Notes under the pieces: generated by a model
What the model was told of the DNA's origin: nothing
The model's input: only the letters and a program-made list of their open reading frames with translations
Database searches by the model: none
Shown here: positions 32,029 to 45,071 of the stretch, piece by piece
How positions within the stretch are numbered: position 1 is the first letter of the stretch
How the letters are laid out: each line of letters opens with the position of its first letter
DNA from: Piromyces finnis finn
Taxonomy: Eukaryota; Fungi; Neocallimastigomycota
Length of the DNA stretch: 64,000 nucleotides
Direction: 5' to 3'
NCBI GenBank assembly: GCA_002104945.1
Contig: MCFH01000003.1
Coordinates: 806,001-870,000 of the forward strand
Program-made: the position numbers and the translations under genes

Positions 32029-34617
32029 TTAGTTAATAGTCTTTTTGCTTACTAAAGTTACTGTTCTCTTTACTTTAATAGTTGACTTTTTTGATGAAGT
32101 ATTTTCTGATTCTTCTTCAAAATTATTCTTTGAAGTAGCTGCTACAGTGGTTGATTGAATTTTAGTTTTAGTAGTAGTTGGTGGTGGTAATTTGGAAGTA
32201 GTAGTAGTTGGTGGAAGCTTAGAAGTAGTAACTGATTGAGCTTTAGTGGTAGTATTTGGTGGTGGTAATTTGGAAGTAGTAGTTGGTGGAAGCTTGGAAG
32301 TAGTAGTTTTTTCATTATGTTGAGTAATAGTTTCTACTTCAACGGTGGTGGTTTGAGCTTTAGTAGTAGTTGGTGGTGGTAACTTGGAAGTAGTAGTTGG
32401 TGGAAGCTTAGAAGTAGTAACTGATTGAGCTTTAGTGGTAGTATTTGGTGGTGGTAATTTGGAAGTAGTAGTTGGTGGAAGTTTAGAAGTAGTAGTTTTT
32501 TCGTTATATTGAGTAATAGTTTCTACTTCAGTAGTGGTAGTTTGAGCTTTAGTAGTGGTATTAGTTGGTGGTAATTTAGAAGTAGTGGTTTTAACTGGTG
32601 GTAACTTGGAAGTAGTAGTTAATGGAGTTTTAGCAGTAGTTGGTGGTAACTTGGATGAAGTAGTTGGTAGAATTTTAGAAGTGATAGAATTAACAGTGAC
32701 AGTTGTTGTGGCTTTTTCGTTATGTTGGGTAATAGTTTCTACTTCAGCGGTGGTGGTTTGAGCTTTAGTGGTAGTTGGTGGTGGTAATTTGGAAGTAGTG
32801 GTTGGTGGAAGCTTGGAAGTAGTAGTTTTTTCATTATGTTGAGTAATAGTTTCTACTTCAGCGGTGGTGGTTTGAGCTTTAGTGGTAGTTGGTGGTGGTA
32901 ATTTGGAAGTAGTGGTTGGTGGAAGCTTGGAAGTAGTAGTTTTTTCATTATGTTGAGTAATAGTTTCTACTTCAGCGGTGGTAGTTGGTGGTGGTAATTT
33001 GGAAGTAGTAGTTGGTGGAAGCTTGGAAGTAGTAGTTTTTTCATTATGTTGAGTAATAGTTTCTACTTCAGTTGTAGTGGTGGTAGTTGGTGGTGGTAAT
33101 TTAGAAGTAGTAGTTGGTGGAAGCTTAGAAGTAGTAGTTTTTTCGTTATGTTGAGTAATAGTTTCTACTTCAGCAGTAGTAGTTTGAGCTTTAGTGGTAG
33201 TTGGTGGTGGTAATTTGGAAGTAGTAGTTGGTGGAAGCTTGGAAGTAGTAGTTTTTTCATTATGTTGAGTAATAGTTTCTACTTCAGCGGTGGTAGTTGG
33301 TGGTGGTAATTTGGAAGTAGTAGTTGGTGGAAGCTTGGAAGTAGTAGCTTTTTCGTTATGTTGAGTAATAGTTTCTACTTCAGCGGTGGTAGTTGGTGGT
33401 GGTAATTTGGAAGTAGTAGTTGGTGGAAGCTTGGAAGTAGTAGCTTTTTCGTTATGTTGAGTAATAGTTTCTACTTCAGCAGTAGTAGTTTGAGCTTTAG
33501 TGGTAGTTGGTGGTGGTAATTTGGAAGTAGTAGTTGGTGGAAGCTTGGAAGTAGTAGTTTTTTCATTATGTTGAGTAATAGTTTCTACTTCAGCGGTGGT
33601 AGTTGGTGGTGGTAATTTGGAAGTAGTAGTTGGTGGAAGCTTGGAAGTAGTAGCTTTTTCGTTATGTTGAGTAATAGTTTCTACTTCAGCAGTAGTAGTT
33701 TGAGCTTTAGTGGTAGTTGGTGGTGGTAATTTGGAAGTAGTAGTTGGTGGAAGCTTGGAAGTAGTAGCTTTTTCGTTATGTTGAGTAATAGTTTCTACTT
33801 CAGCAGTAGTAGTTTGAGCTTTGGTGGTAGTTGGTGGTGGTAATTTGGAAGTAGTGGTTGGTGGAAGCTTGGAAGTAGTAGCTTTTTCGTTATGTTGAGT
33901 AATAGTTTCTACTTCAGCAGTAGTTTGAGCTTTAGTGGTAGTTGGTGGTGGTAATTTGGAAGTAGTAGTTGGTGGAAGCTTGGAAGTAGTGGCTTTTTCG
34001 TTATGTTGAGTAACAGTTTCTACTTCAGTTGTAGTGGTGGTAGTTGGTGGTGGTAATTTGGAAGTAGTAGTTGGTGGAAGCTTGGAAGTAGTGGCTTTTT
34101 CGTTATGTTGAGTAACAGTTTCTACTTCAGTTGTAGTGGTGGTAGTTGGTGGTGGTAATTTGGAAGTAGTGGTTGGTGGAAGCTTGGAAGATGTAACTGA
34201 TTGAGGTTTAGTGGTGGTAGTATTTGGTGGTGGTAATTTAGAAGTAGTAGTTGGTGGTAATTTAGTAGAGGAAGTAGTAGTAGTAAATACTTCATTAAAT
34301 GGAATAGCATCTTCATTTTCAGCTTTATTATTAGTGTTTGTTGGTGCTGGTGCTAATCTAAATAATGGAGATTCTGTAGAAGTTGTTGGAGGAATTTTAC
34401 TACCAGTTTTTGGTGGTACCTTTGAAGCAACAGTTGGTGGAACCTTACTACCAGTTTTTGGTGGTACCTTTGAAGCAACAGTTGGTGGAACCTTACTACC
34501 AGTTTTTGGTGGTGCCTTTGATGATATTATTTTGGTATCATTTGAAATAGCTCTACCTACAGCGCTATTAACAATTATTAATATTATCAATAAACTAAGT
34601 AATAATTTACTATTCAT
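32029..34617 (-). CDS. Secreted mucin/extensin-like Thr-Pro-Lys tandem-repeat protein (862 aa, single exon)
   Basis: Uninterrupted ORF. Signal peptide MNSKLLLSLLIILIIVNSAVG. Sixteen EVET(I/V)TQ(H/Y)NEK motifs embedded in TTSKLPP repeats. No recognisable catalytic domain, dockerin or TM anchor. Confidence 0.85.
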   Translation of the reverse strand: MNSKLLLSLLIILIIVNSAVGRAISNDTKIISSKAPPKTGSKVPPTVASKVPPKTGSKVPPTVASKVPPKTGSKIPPTTSTESPLFRLAPAPTNTNNKAENEDAIPFNEVFTTTTSSTKLPPTTTSKLPPPNTTTTKPQSVTSSKLPPTTTSKLPPPTTTTTTEVETVTQHNEKATTSKLPPTTTSKLPPPTTTTTTEVETVTQHNEKATTSKLPPTTTSKLPPPTTTKAQTTAEVETITQHNEKATTSKLPPTTTSKLPPPTTTKAQTTTAEVETITQHNEKATTSKLPPTTTSKLPPPTTTKAQTTTAEVETITQHNEKATTSKLPPTTTSKLPPPTTTAEVETITQHNEKTTTSKLPPTTTSKLPPPTTTKAQTTTAEVETITQHNEKATTSKLPPTTTSKLPPPTTTAEVETITQHNEKATTSKLPPTTTSKLPPPTTTAEVETITQHNEKTTTSKLPPTTTSKLPPPTTTKAQTTTAEVETITQHNEKTTTSKLPPTTTSKLPPPTTTTTTEVETITQHNEKTTTSKLPPTTTSKLPPPTTTAEVETITQHNEKTTTSKLPPTTTSKLPPPTTTKAQTTTAEVETITQHNEKTTTSKLPPTTTSKLPPPTTTKAQTTTAEVETITQHNEKATTTVTVNSITSKILPTTSSKLPPTTAKTPLTTTSKLPPVKTTTSKLPPTNTTTKAQTTTTEVETITQYNEKTTTSKLPPTTTSKLPPPNTTTKAQSVTTSKLPPTTTSKLPPPTTTKAQTTTVEVETITQHNEKTTTSKLPPTTTSKLPPPNTTTKAQSVTTSKLPPTTTTSKLPPPTTTKTKIQSTTVAATSKNNFEEESENTSSKKSTIKVKRTVTLVSKKTIN
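32160..34510 (-). repeat. Coding minisatellite (~96-114 bp units plus an N-terminal 24-bp KVPP repeat)
   Basis: Near-identical units visible at DNA level (gaagcttggaagtagtag..., tcagcggtggtag...). All length variants keep the reading frame. Confidence 0.9.
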
Positions 34618-36579
34618 TTTTAACTTTTTTTTTTTTAAAAATAAAATTGTTTTTGGTATTTTGAAGCCTTTTAGAGTTTATTTTTTTAAACTATTTGATA
34701 ATGTATGTATCTTTTTTTATTGTTGTTGTTGTTGTTGTTCCTAGTTCTATAGTTTTTCTTTCAATGTTCTTTATAATAATAATAATAAATTCATATACTT
34801 TTTCTTTAATAAAAATATACGAATAACTTTTATTATTAATTATTTTTAAAGGTTTCTTTTTTTTTTTTTGGCTTTTAATTTTTTTTTTTTTAGGAAATCA
34901 AAAAAGAATTTTTTGGGAGGTTCTTTCCTTAAATATTTATATTTTTTTTTTTTTATTTATTTTTTTACAGAAAATTTTTTGATTGCAGGTTTACTTTTCT
35001 TTCAGTGACGATCCCTTCAGAAATTCAGGCAAAAAAAAAACGTTTTTTGTTTATTTATTTATTATTTTATTTATTCATTTACTTTTATTAATAAATAAAC
35101 GTGTATTTAATTTAATATAAATAATATATAATAAATAAATTATTGATTTAAAAAATATATTGTTAATATATATAATAATTATATTATGTTTTAACATTTA
35201 ATAAAAATTATCATTATATTAAATTAATTAATATAAAAATATAAATAGAAAATTGTCTAGAAAAAAAATCATTTATTTATTTAATTATATAATTGTTTAT
35301 TTATTTATATTTATATAATTAAGATATATAATTGTTCATTTTTTATTTATTATATAATTATTAGGTAGTATATTTATTGATTATTATACTTATAATATTT
35401 ATATTTACTATACCTACATTATTCTAAATTTATCTATTTATTTATTTATTTATTTATTCTATAGTTTTTCTATCGTCTTTTTCTATCTATTTATTCAATA
35501 CTTGATAATTTATTTAATTTTATAGAAATTCATTCATTGATTTTTATTAATTTTAATGTTTTTTTTCTTTTTTTTTTATGAAAATGAAAATCATTTTTTA
35601 ATTTAAAATTTAATTTATTTTAATGGATTGTTTTTATTTAATAATTAAAGTTACACGAATTTCAATAAATAAATTAAATTTATTTCATCCATTAATTATT
35701 AATATATTAATAATATGTTAATCAATTCAATTGGATTATATTCAATGCATGAAACATTTTTTATTATTCTTTCTTTTTTTTTTTTGAAAGAAAAGTTGGA
35801 ATAGGGAAAGGGATGAAGAAAAAAAGAGTCTTTCCTAACAAAAAAAAACTAGACTTTTAGTATATATTAAAATGAAAAAAAGGAAATAATAAAAAGGTTT
35901 TTATGTCTTTCTTCTTTAGAAAAGAATTATTGCTTTAAAATTGAAAAGTATAAAAAAAAAGGAACATTTTGATAGAGAAATAAAATGATCCATTAGATCT
36001 GCATCTCTAAATAAATGAATTATTCAAATTTTTTTTTACTATTAAATCTAATTTAACAAAAAAAAACTTTAATTTTATTCTTTCATACCATCTCATCACC
36101 TACTAATAAATAAATATGTAGGTAATGAGATGGTATGAAAAAAAAAAGGCTTCATTCTCTTTTTTTTTTTCTTACAAACAGTAACACTTTAAAAAAAAAA
36201 TCTCATAAATTTATCCCGCCGTTCTTTCATCGTCATGATAATATTATCACTTTTGATACAAATTCATTTGGGATGGTTACGCCAAAATATTTTTAGGATT
36301 GTAAAAAGTGGATCAGAAATAATTGTTTTTATAAATATAAAAATAGAAAGATTAGGATAATAATGAAATAGAATGAATGGTAATTAAAGAGTAGGAAATG
36401 TTATGAATTGTTATAAAATAGAATAATAATAAGTTTATAAAAGTAGAAAAGTGCTTATATATATAAAATAAAATTTAATAATATTAATAGTATTATTAAA
36501 TATTACTAGTATTAAATAGTATTAATTATTATTATAATTATTAATTATTGTATTATGAAATATTCATATTGAATAATAT

Positions 36580-36626
<47 letters not shown>

Positions 36627-38867
36627 ATCACTATATCTTATTATTGATCTTTTTTATTATTTCATTTTTTTTTAATTAAATCATTATTACTCATTTTCAA
36701 TAGATTAAATTATATATTAGTTTTTATGGCGATAATTAAATAAATAAATTAAAATTATATTTACAATATAATTTATAATATATTTAAATCAATTGATGTT
36801 TATGGCAATAATTAAATTATCAATTTCATTTTCCATCCATCGACAATTTTTATCTTTTTCCTTTTCAAACTTGCATTGTTCAAATTGTGCAATGTTACAC
36901 GAATTTGAAAATGAATTTATCATAGATGTCACAAAACCTTAATTATTATAATTTAAATTAAATTTTCTTTTTTTTTACAAATTTCTTTTTACAGAAAAAA
37001 AGAACAAAAAAAAGCAATGCTGTTGTTGATAGTTAAAATAGTCAATAAATGAATCAATAATAAACTAAATAAATAACTATTATAAATAAATAAATAAAAA
37101 GTAAAAGGAAGAGAGGTGATGGAAGGAGTGAGATATAAAGTAGTGAATAAAAGTAAAGGAAGGTATAATAGAGTAAATAAATACATTATCATCATGACAA
37201 TATTATTGTATTATTATTGTTAAAGAAGAAGAAAAGTATTTGGTTTTACATCATTTTTACTGTCTATTATATTTTATATCAAAAAAAAAAAAAAAAGATG
37301 ATTGCTATTTATTTAAATAATTATTAGTTTATTCAATAATTTATATTAGTTATTTATTTAGTTTATTCATTTATTTATATTTCATTCTATTTATTTATAT
37401 CATTCATTTATTTTTATTAAAGATTGATCTAGTTTAATATAAATTTATTCATTGATTTCTATGTTACACACATCAAAAAATTTTTCGGGGTGGATAAAAC
37501 ATCTTTAATATAAATGTTTATTTTCTTAAAACATGAAAAGAAATCCCTGAAAAGAAAAAGTAATTTTCTATAATCAAAAAAAAAAAAAAAGATTATCATA
37601 ATTGGACTAAATAATACTAAATAATGAAAAGAAAACTAGCCTAAAATTAAAATTATCATTCAAGTTTTTTTCTTTTAATTATAATGAAATATTATCCTTT
37701 TAATACAACTCAAATATACTTTTTTTCTTTTTAAAAAAAGATGTTGATCCCTTTCTCATATTTTCAAAAAAAAAAAAAAAAATGTCAATGAAAAAGTTTT
37801 TTGCCTTTATTTTAATATAGATACATGACAGATTATACTGTAATATATATATAAAAAAAAGTATTTTATTAGTTTGATTTTTTATCTATACATTCACCAT
37901 ATATAATAATATATATAAATAATATTGGAATCATCCAAAAAAAAATGTCACCTAAGGATTAAAAAAATAGGAGAATAGATCAAACTTTTATATTACAATA
38001 CATTACATTATTTATGATGTATACAAAATGTAGGAGAATAAAAATTATTAAAAGGATTTAGGATGATTAAAAGGATAGAAAAGAAAACTAAATTGATATA
38101 AATATAAAAAGAAAATAGATTTAAATAGATGTAAAAATAAAATATAAATTAATAGTTAAATAGAAGTATAAAATGGTATTGTTATTAATACACAGTTGTA
38201 AATACTCTATCTATCTATAGAATAGAATTAGAATTTTATTTGAAAAGGGTTAAATTGAAATTAGATAAAAGAAAAAAAAATTTTCTTTTTTTTTAACAAC
38301 TACTTTTACTTTGGTTGGTGGATAGAATGGAAATAAAAATAAAAAAAAAAAGGCTTTCTAATCCTAAAACAATTAAAGTTTATTATAATATCATGAAAGT
38401 TTTTTTTTTAAATTGTTTCATATTTTGATTGACGGTAAAAATCTTCAAAAAAAAAAAGAGAGCCGTAACATAAAAATAATTTTTTGATAATAATAAACTT
38501 TTTTTTTGTGTGTAAAATGTATCAAGTTTGTTTTACGATACAAAAAACAAAATAGGATTTAAATAATAAAAAATTAAAATTATTCATCTTTATATTATTA
38601 ATGTAGTTATAAAAAAAGATGATAAACTAATCCTATTGAAATGGTTTAAAATTTATATATATTATGAAGCTACTTTTTATTTTATTAATAAAATTAAAAT
38701 GATTAAAGTTATAATGAGAATTATTTTTTTTATATATGCAGGTGTGTATATCTATCAATTTATAAATAAAAAAAATATCCATTTTTTGGAATTTATGTTT
38801 TATTTTCTACTTTTCTATCCATATTATCATATAATAAGGATGAAAATAATAAACTTTTTATTTCATT

Positions 38868-39164
38868 TTATTCTTTATCTTCTTTTTTTTCGGTATCATC
38901 ACCACCATCATCATCATCATAGATAGATGGGGGTGGTGTATAATGAGATGTTTTAACAACATAGGTGGTTGAGGTTAATTCATAATAAGTACCAGCTAAT
39001 TTTTATATATATATGTGTGTGTGTAAAATTATAAATATTAAGAATTAATAATATTTTATAATAATCACAATACTATTTATTATAATAGAGTATTGTATGG
39101 TGATATTATGTAATGGGATTTTATATTCTTATTATTATGGTTTCTAAATAGAAATGATAATCAT

Positions 39165-39200
<36 letters not shown>

Positions 39201-39790
39201 TACTTATTGGAATTTCACCTTCTGGAGTTACATTATCAAAATAATATTCAACACCTTTATCATCTTCATCTTCATCTTCATTTACATTAACATTTTCAAT
39301 TTCTTTACCATAGCCAAAACGAGTATAAATTAAATTTGGATCTTCTAAATAACTATTAATTCTTTCTTCTTCTTCTTCAGTTTCATTAATCTCTTCAGCA
39401 TCAACATCTAAAATTTCTTTTTCTTTATAATCTTCTTCATTAAATATAATCTTTGGCTTATAACTATCATATTTAAAAGGAAAATATAAATAGTTCATTA
39501 GGAGGATAAAAAAAAATTAAGAATTGTTTATTTTAAATAAAAATATTGTTCCTTACAAAGAATGAGTTTGAATCCAGCGATCTAACGAAACAGAACTTCT
39601 TCCGGCATTTTCTGGATAAACATAGTAATACTTTTTTTCACGAGAAAATGGATTGGCTTTATATAAAACAATAGTTGGATATCCTTTATATATATTTAAG
39701 TATTTATTATTTTGAAGATAAAAAATATGAATTCAAAATAAAAAAAGGTTTTTTTTTAATAAATACTTTTTTTTTTTTTTTCATTATTAC

Positions 39791-39832
<42 letters not shown>

Positions 39833-39846
39833 CATCATCATCATCA

Positions 39847-39877
<31 letters not shown>

Positions 39878-39953
39878 CATCATCATCATCATCATCATCA
39901 TCATTATTATTATTATTATTATTATGTTTATTATTATTATTATTATTATTATG

Positions 39954-40000
<47 letters not shown>

Positions 40001-42077
40001 GTTTATTATTATTATTATTATTATTATGTTTATTATTATTATTATTATTATTATATTCATGGATAGTTTAACCTCTTTTTATTTATATATATAGTTTACC
40101 TTCTAAATTTCTCCATAAAGACATTTTTGGAATTTTTTGATCTTCAGCTTCATACTTTACAATACTAAATTTTGTACGATAATTAGCATACTTTTTACCC
40201 AATTTTTCTAGGGTTTTTAAAAGCTAATAATATGACATCCATTTATAATATACAAAAATTTAAATAGAGTAATAGGAATAGTGATTATAATTATAAAATA
40301 TTATGGATATAAATAATGGAAATTATAATTAAAAAAAAATGTATATATATATATAAGGGGTTACCTCCTGTGAAAATGGACAATCTATTTTATAGTAAAC
40401 GACCAAAGAATCACGAGTAGGATTTAAAGCATGAGGATAATATAATCTTGGTACTGATTTCACCACATAATTTTCATAATCCCACATACTTTCAAATTCT
40501 TGAATGATTATTCTTGGGGTTAAGACACCTTTATAGTATTGAGCAATAAAGAATTCTACAGCAATTTGATCTATGGCATCCTCTGGTTCTAAAATTTCTT
40601 GAATGGAATACATCGTTTGGAACTCTGGCGCAAAGAGTAATACATTATGATCACGTGGTTCATCCAAGGTATCTATATCAAAGTTAGCGTCATTAGAGGT
40701 GAAAAGGACAAAGTCATCTTGGTAGCGTTCACCGATTTTTCCTAGAAATTGATGTACGTCTTCTTTTGTTTTCTTTTCATCCTTATTAAGGTAGATAAGG
40801 AATGGTATATTCCATTTCTTATAAATATCTTTTTTGTTGGGTTGGTAGTCTGAAACAACTGGTAATTCTTGATCAAGAATGAAATTACGGAAACGTTCTG
40901 TATCGTCAAGGTCACTTGGAGGGTATTCATAGCATCTATGATGAACACAATAGACAACATCATTTTTAAACATGGTAATACCGGTGAGTTGTTTCACCAC
41001 ATCACGACAATGTTTGTCTTGAATGGTGAAAAACTTTAATTCATCTCCATTAAAATAATTTTGACCAGAAAAATTAGAAGTATCAGTGAGGACATTAGAG
41101 GCATTTCTATATCTTATATAGTCGTCATGATCATGAGATTCAAAACATCCCATCATAATTCTTTTGTTTTCCCTAAAGAAATTTTTCATTTCCGAACTTT
41201 GCGAAAAAATAACATTTTCATCCATCACAAGTTCAATTTCAACCACCTCAACTTCTTCATCATCACCATCACCATGGTCGTTGTTCATGGAAGATCCTCC
41301 TTTTACGGATTCTTCCTCTCCTTCTTCACCACTTCCTGGAGTTTCTACTCCTTTTTCATTTTCATTGTCATGGTCACCACTCTTGTCACTTTCTTCTGTT
41401 TCAATTTCTTCCATCATTTGGACCTTATTTTGAGTTTCAATATCTTGTTCTTGGTCATCATTATCGTCTTTTACGATTTCTTCTTTATCAGCTTCTTGTT
41501 TTTCCTGATCATCAGTTTCATCTTTTACGATTTCTTCTTTTTCAGTTTCTTGTTGTTCTTGATTTGCTTTACTTTCTCCTTGTTCCTGAATTTTTTCTAT
41601 TTTTTCTTGTATATCAACTTCTTCTGCGATGACTGGTGGTTGTTCCTCTACCACTTTATCATTTTCTTCTTCTTCCTTTATTCTATACATTTCATTTTCA
41701 TATGGATGATGTATGAAATCGCCCATGTGAACTGTAATAAAATGACCTAAAAATCCATCATCAGTTACTTCTACTTCTTCCTCCTCTTCATTACTATCTA
41801 TACTATCAATTGTAATTTCTGCTATTTCATTTTTATTTTCATCATTTTCTAATTCTGCTGGAATGTCATCATCAAAATTGCCATCTGGTTGAAAAGTTGA
41901 TTCTTCATCGGATAAAACATCTGTTTCTTCTTCTCTTTTTATTACTTTTGAACTTATTATATTACCATCGCTATCTATCTTATATTTTATAATTTCTTCA
42001 GGTTTATCGGCATAACCATAAGTAAACAATAATGTGACTATTAATAAAATAAATAATATAAATGATAACTGTTTCAT
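38868..42077 (-). CDS. Protein-disulfide-isomerase-like protein (acidic N-terminal region, b/b'/a'-like thioredoxin folds, CPFS site; 5 exons, ~783 aa)
   Basis: Exons 42077-40365, 40223-40100, 39683-39557, 39463-39204, 38995-38868 (2352 nt, in frame). Signal peptide MKQLSFILFILLIVTLLFTYGYA. PDI-like segments ELPVVSDY, FFIAQYYKGVLTP, DSLVVYYKIDCPFSQELLKTLEKLG and the GYPTIVLYK cis-Pro loop. Ends TEKKEDKE-stop. Confidence 0.7.
39781..40056. repeat. Compound (ATT/ATC)n microsatellite in intron 2 of the PDI-like gene
   Basis: Directly visible. Explains the poly-Ile ORFs 39675-40094 and 39707-40060. Confidence 0.9.
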
Positions 42078-42760
42078 TTTTTTTTTCGTTATATGTGTAA
42101 ATGAATTTTAAAGAATTGCTTTATTTTTTTTTTTTTTTCGGATTTCTATTTTATTTTATTTTATATTATTTTTATATATTTGTCTATTATTAAATTACAA
42201 ATGTTTAAAAAATTCTAAATATGATTTACAGGACAATGGATATATAGATATTAAAAAAAAAAAAAGTTAGAAGCATGTTAATTCAACCCATTATTTGAAA
42301 TTTAGATTGGAAATTCATTCATGAAAAATAGATTTCTAATTTATATATAATGAATTTCTACTATTATACTTTCTATATATATATATTAAATTTTATCGCT
42401 ATTTTTATATAAATCGATATTAATATTATAAATATATATACCTTGTCTATATATAATACTTGTTCTTTTTTACAAAAAAAGATTTCATTTATTTTTGTTT
42501 TAGTTATAATTTTGTATATTTTAATAAAATAGTTTTTTTTTAAGTATTTATTGTTTATTTTATTAATAATTATGTTGTTATTGTATTTATTTTACTTTTA
42601 TATTCAATAGGGAAAAAATAGAATTTATGTAAAAAGATGTATTACACCTTTTTAAATAATAACTTTTTTAGATATATTGAATTTAATACTTTCAAAATAT
42701 TTCGGTATGAATAAATAAATAATTCTTTATATTTTAAATTTAAATATTGAATCTTTCAAA

Positions 42761-42793
<33 letters not shown>

Positions 42794-45034
42794 TAAATCA
42801 ATCTAATTTTGAGTTTGTTTATTTGTTTGTTTGTTTGTTTTTTACACTTTTCTTTCTCTCTTTTTTTTTAAAAAAAAAAAAGAAAATTTAAATGTTTTTT
42901 TTGTTTTTTGTTTTTTTATTAAATTAATAAAAAAAATTTTTTTTATATAAAAGTTACAGGTAAAAATTGTTTTTTTTTTTACAAAAATAAAAGCAACGTT
43001 TGTAATAAAAAATACTTTTATTGAGAGGCAATGATGATACTATGAATGATAAAAAAAAGTATTTTGTATAAATACAATGGTTATAATAAAAATTATATTG
43101 ATAATAAAAGAAAAAAAAAAATAGGGTTAATTACAACAATTAATACTTATTAACGACAACTAATAACAATAATAATAATTAATAGTAATGAACATCATTT
43201 AACAAAAAATGATAAGGATTATAACAACTTTATTAAACTAAAACATCATTAATGTTGTCCTGCATAAACTTTTTAAAATTTTAATCATATATATTCCATT
43301 CCAAGATTTTAGTAAGGATAAACATTTTCTGAAAGGTTGCTTTAATAAAGTTTATATAAAAGATAAACTTTATTAAAGCATTACCTATTTTTTTTAATGA
43401 TAATGATAACTACAGTTATATATAAATGGATATTCCATAATACTTTAATAACCCCAAATACACCCACTTAAAATTTTCTAACCCTTTCCTTTAGTAAAAT
43501 GTAAAATACTAAATCATGTGAAATATATCATGTGCTTTATGTATAAATATCATATATATGCTTATTAATAATAAATATATGTAATTTCATTGTTTATGCA
43601 TTTGAAGGTTTAATTTAATTAGAATAAAAACATATTGTAAACATAATATATTGTTCAATTTATTATTTTAATTGTGATTGGTTAGATATATATTGTTAAA
43701 GCATTATTATTTATATTAAATAAAATCCTGGCAACCTTTTGACCACAATTTCAAAAAGTTGTTGGTTTCGAGTTTGGTAATAATTTGTCCATTCAAAAGT
43801 TTTTCATATTTGTCATCTTTTTATTAATATAAATAGATAAAAAGGAATAATTTTTTAGTGGAGAATGTAAGATATAGTTTTATGGTCCTTTTTATATAAG
43901 AAATAGCTTTAATCACATATATTTTTTTCTATTCTATATACTAGCATTGAATAGCATTGAATAGTATTGAAATAATATTATAGTAGTGTTTTTTTTTAAA
44001 GTGGATATATAAATATAAATATCTATAATTTTTATTTTATTTTTTTTTTCATTTTCATTTTAAAAGATTTTTTCTTTTATTTTCATGTATTTAAAGTCAT
44101 TTTTAAAAATAAAATTCTTTATTATTGACTTTTTTTTTTAAAGGTGAAAAAATAATAAAAATTCTTGTTCTTTATAAATTTTTATTTTTTTTATTATTTT
44201 TAGCAAAGACCATTTAACAAAATCTTTTATTTTCAAGAAAAGTTAAAAAAAGAAATTTATTAATAAAAAGATAACTTTTAATAATAACCAATTTTATAAT
44301 AATAAAAACAAAACAAAAGAAAAATATTAAAGTAGTTATATAATATATTGAAATAGTTTAAATTTTATATAATAAAAATTTACATTGCTTAGAAATTTCA
44401 AATTTCATATTATTTTAAAATAGACCATTTTTAAATGAAAAGATATTCATTTTAATACTACAATAATAATAACATAACTTAACAATAAACAATAAAACCT
44501 ATTATTTAAAATAAAAGAATAAATAAATAAAAAATATTGTATATAGGATTGATATTAAGAGGACGATATTTTTATAAAATTTATAAAATAATAAAGGATA
44601 ATTGTATCTTCACAGTAAAAACAATAAAGATTTAATAGAATATTACCTTTATAAAAGTTAAACTATGAAAATAATAGAAGTAACAAGAATAACAACCTAA
44701 CATAGTTTATCAGATATAATAATTGATTTAAAAAAGATTTAAAAACATCCAATTTATTTTTTTTTTAATTGTTCAATTATATATAAAGAAAGAAAGAAAA
44801 AAGAAAAAAAAAAACAAGGATTTTCAATTTTTTTTATTCATATTCTTGTATAAATAGTGTAAAAAAATGAACATCCCTACTATGAATGGTAAATATATAT
44901 ATGAAATATCATTGTTTTTTTTTAGTTGTTAATATTGAAATTTGAAACTTTTTTTTTTTCTGTAAAAAGCAATTGGATTTAAAAAAAGTTTTGTGGAATC
45001 AACTAATAATTAGAGTAATAATAATATAATAATA

Positions 45035-45071
<37 letters not shown>

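Noticed and set aside
32029-34617. Fungal cellulosome scaffoldin
   Set aside because: The repeats lack the Gly-Gly-aromatic and Cys features reported for gut-fungal scaffoldin repeats, and there is no membrane anchor.
39675-40094. Poly-Ile/Met ORFs on both strands
   Set aside because: Intronic microsatellite of the PDI-like gene.
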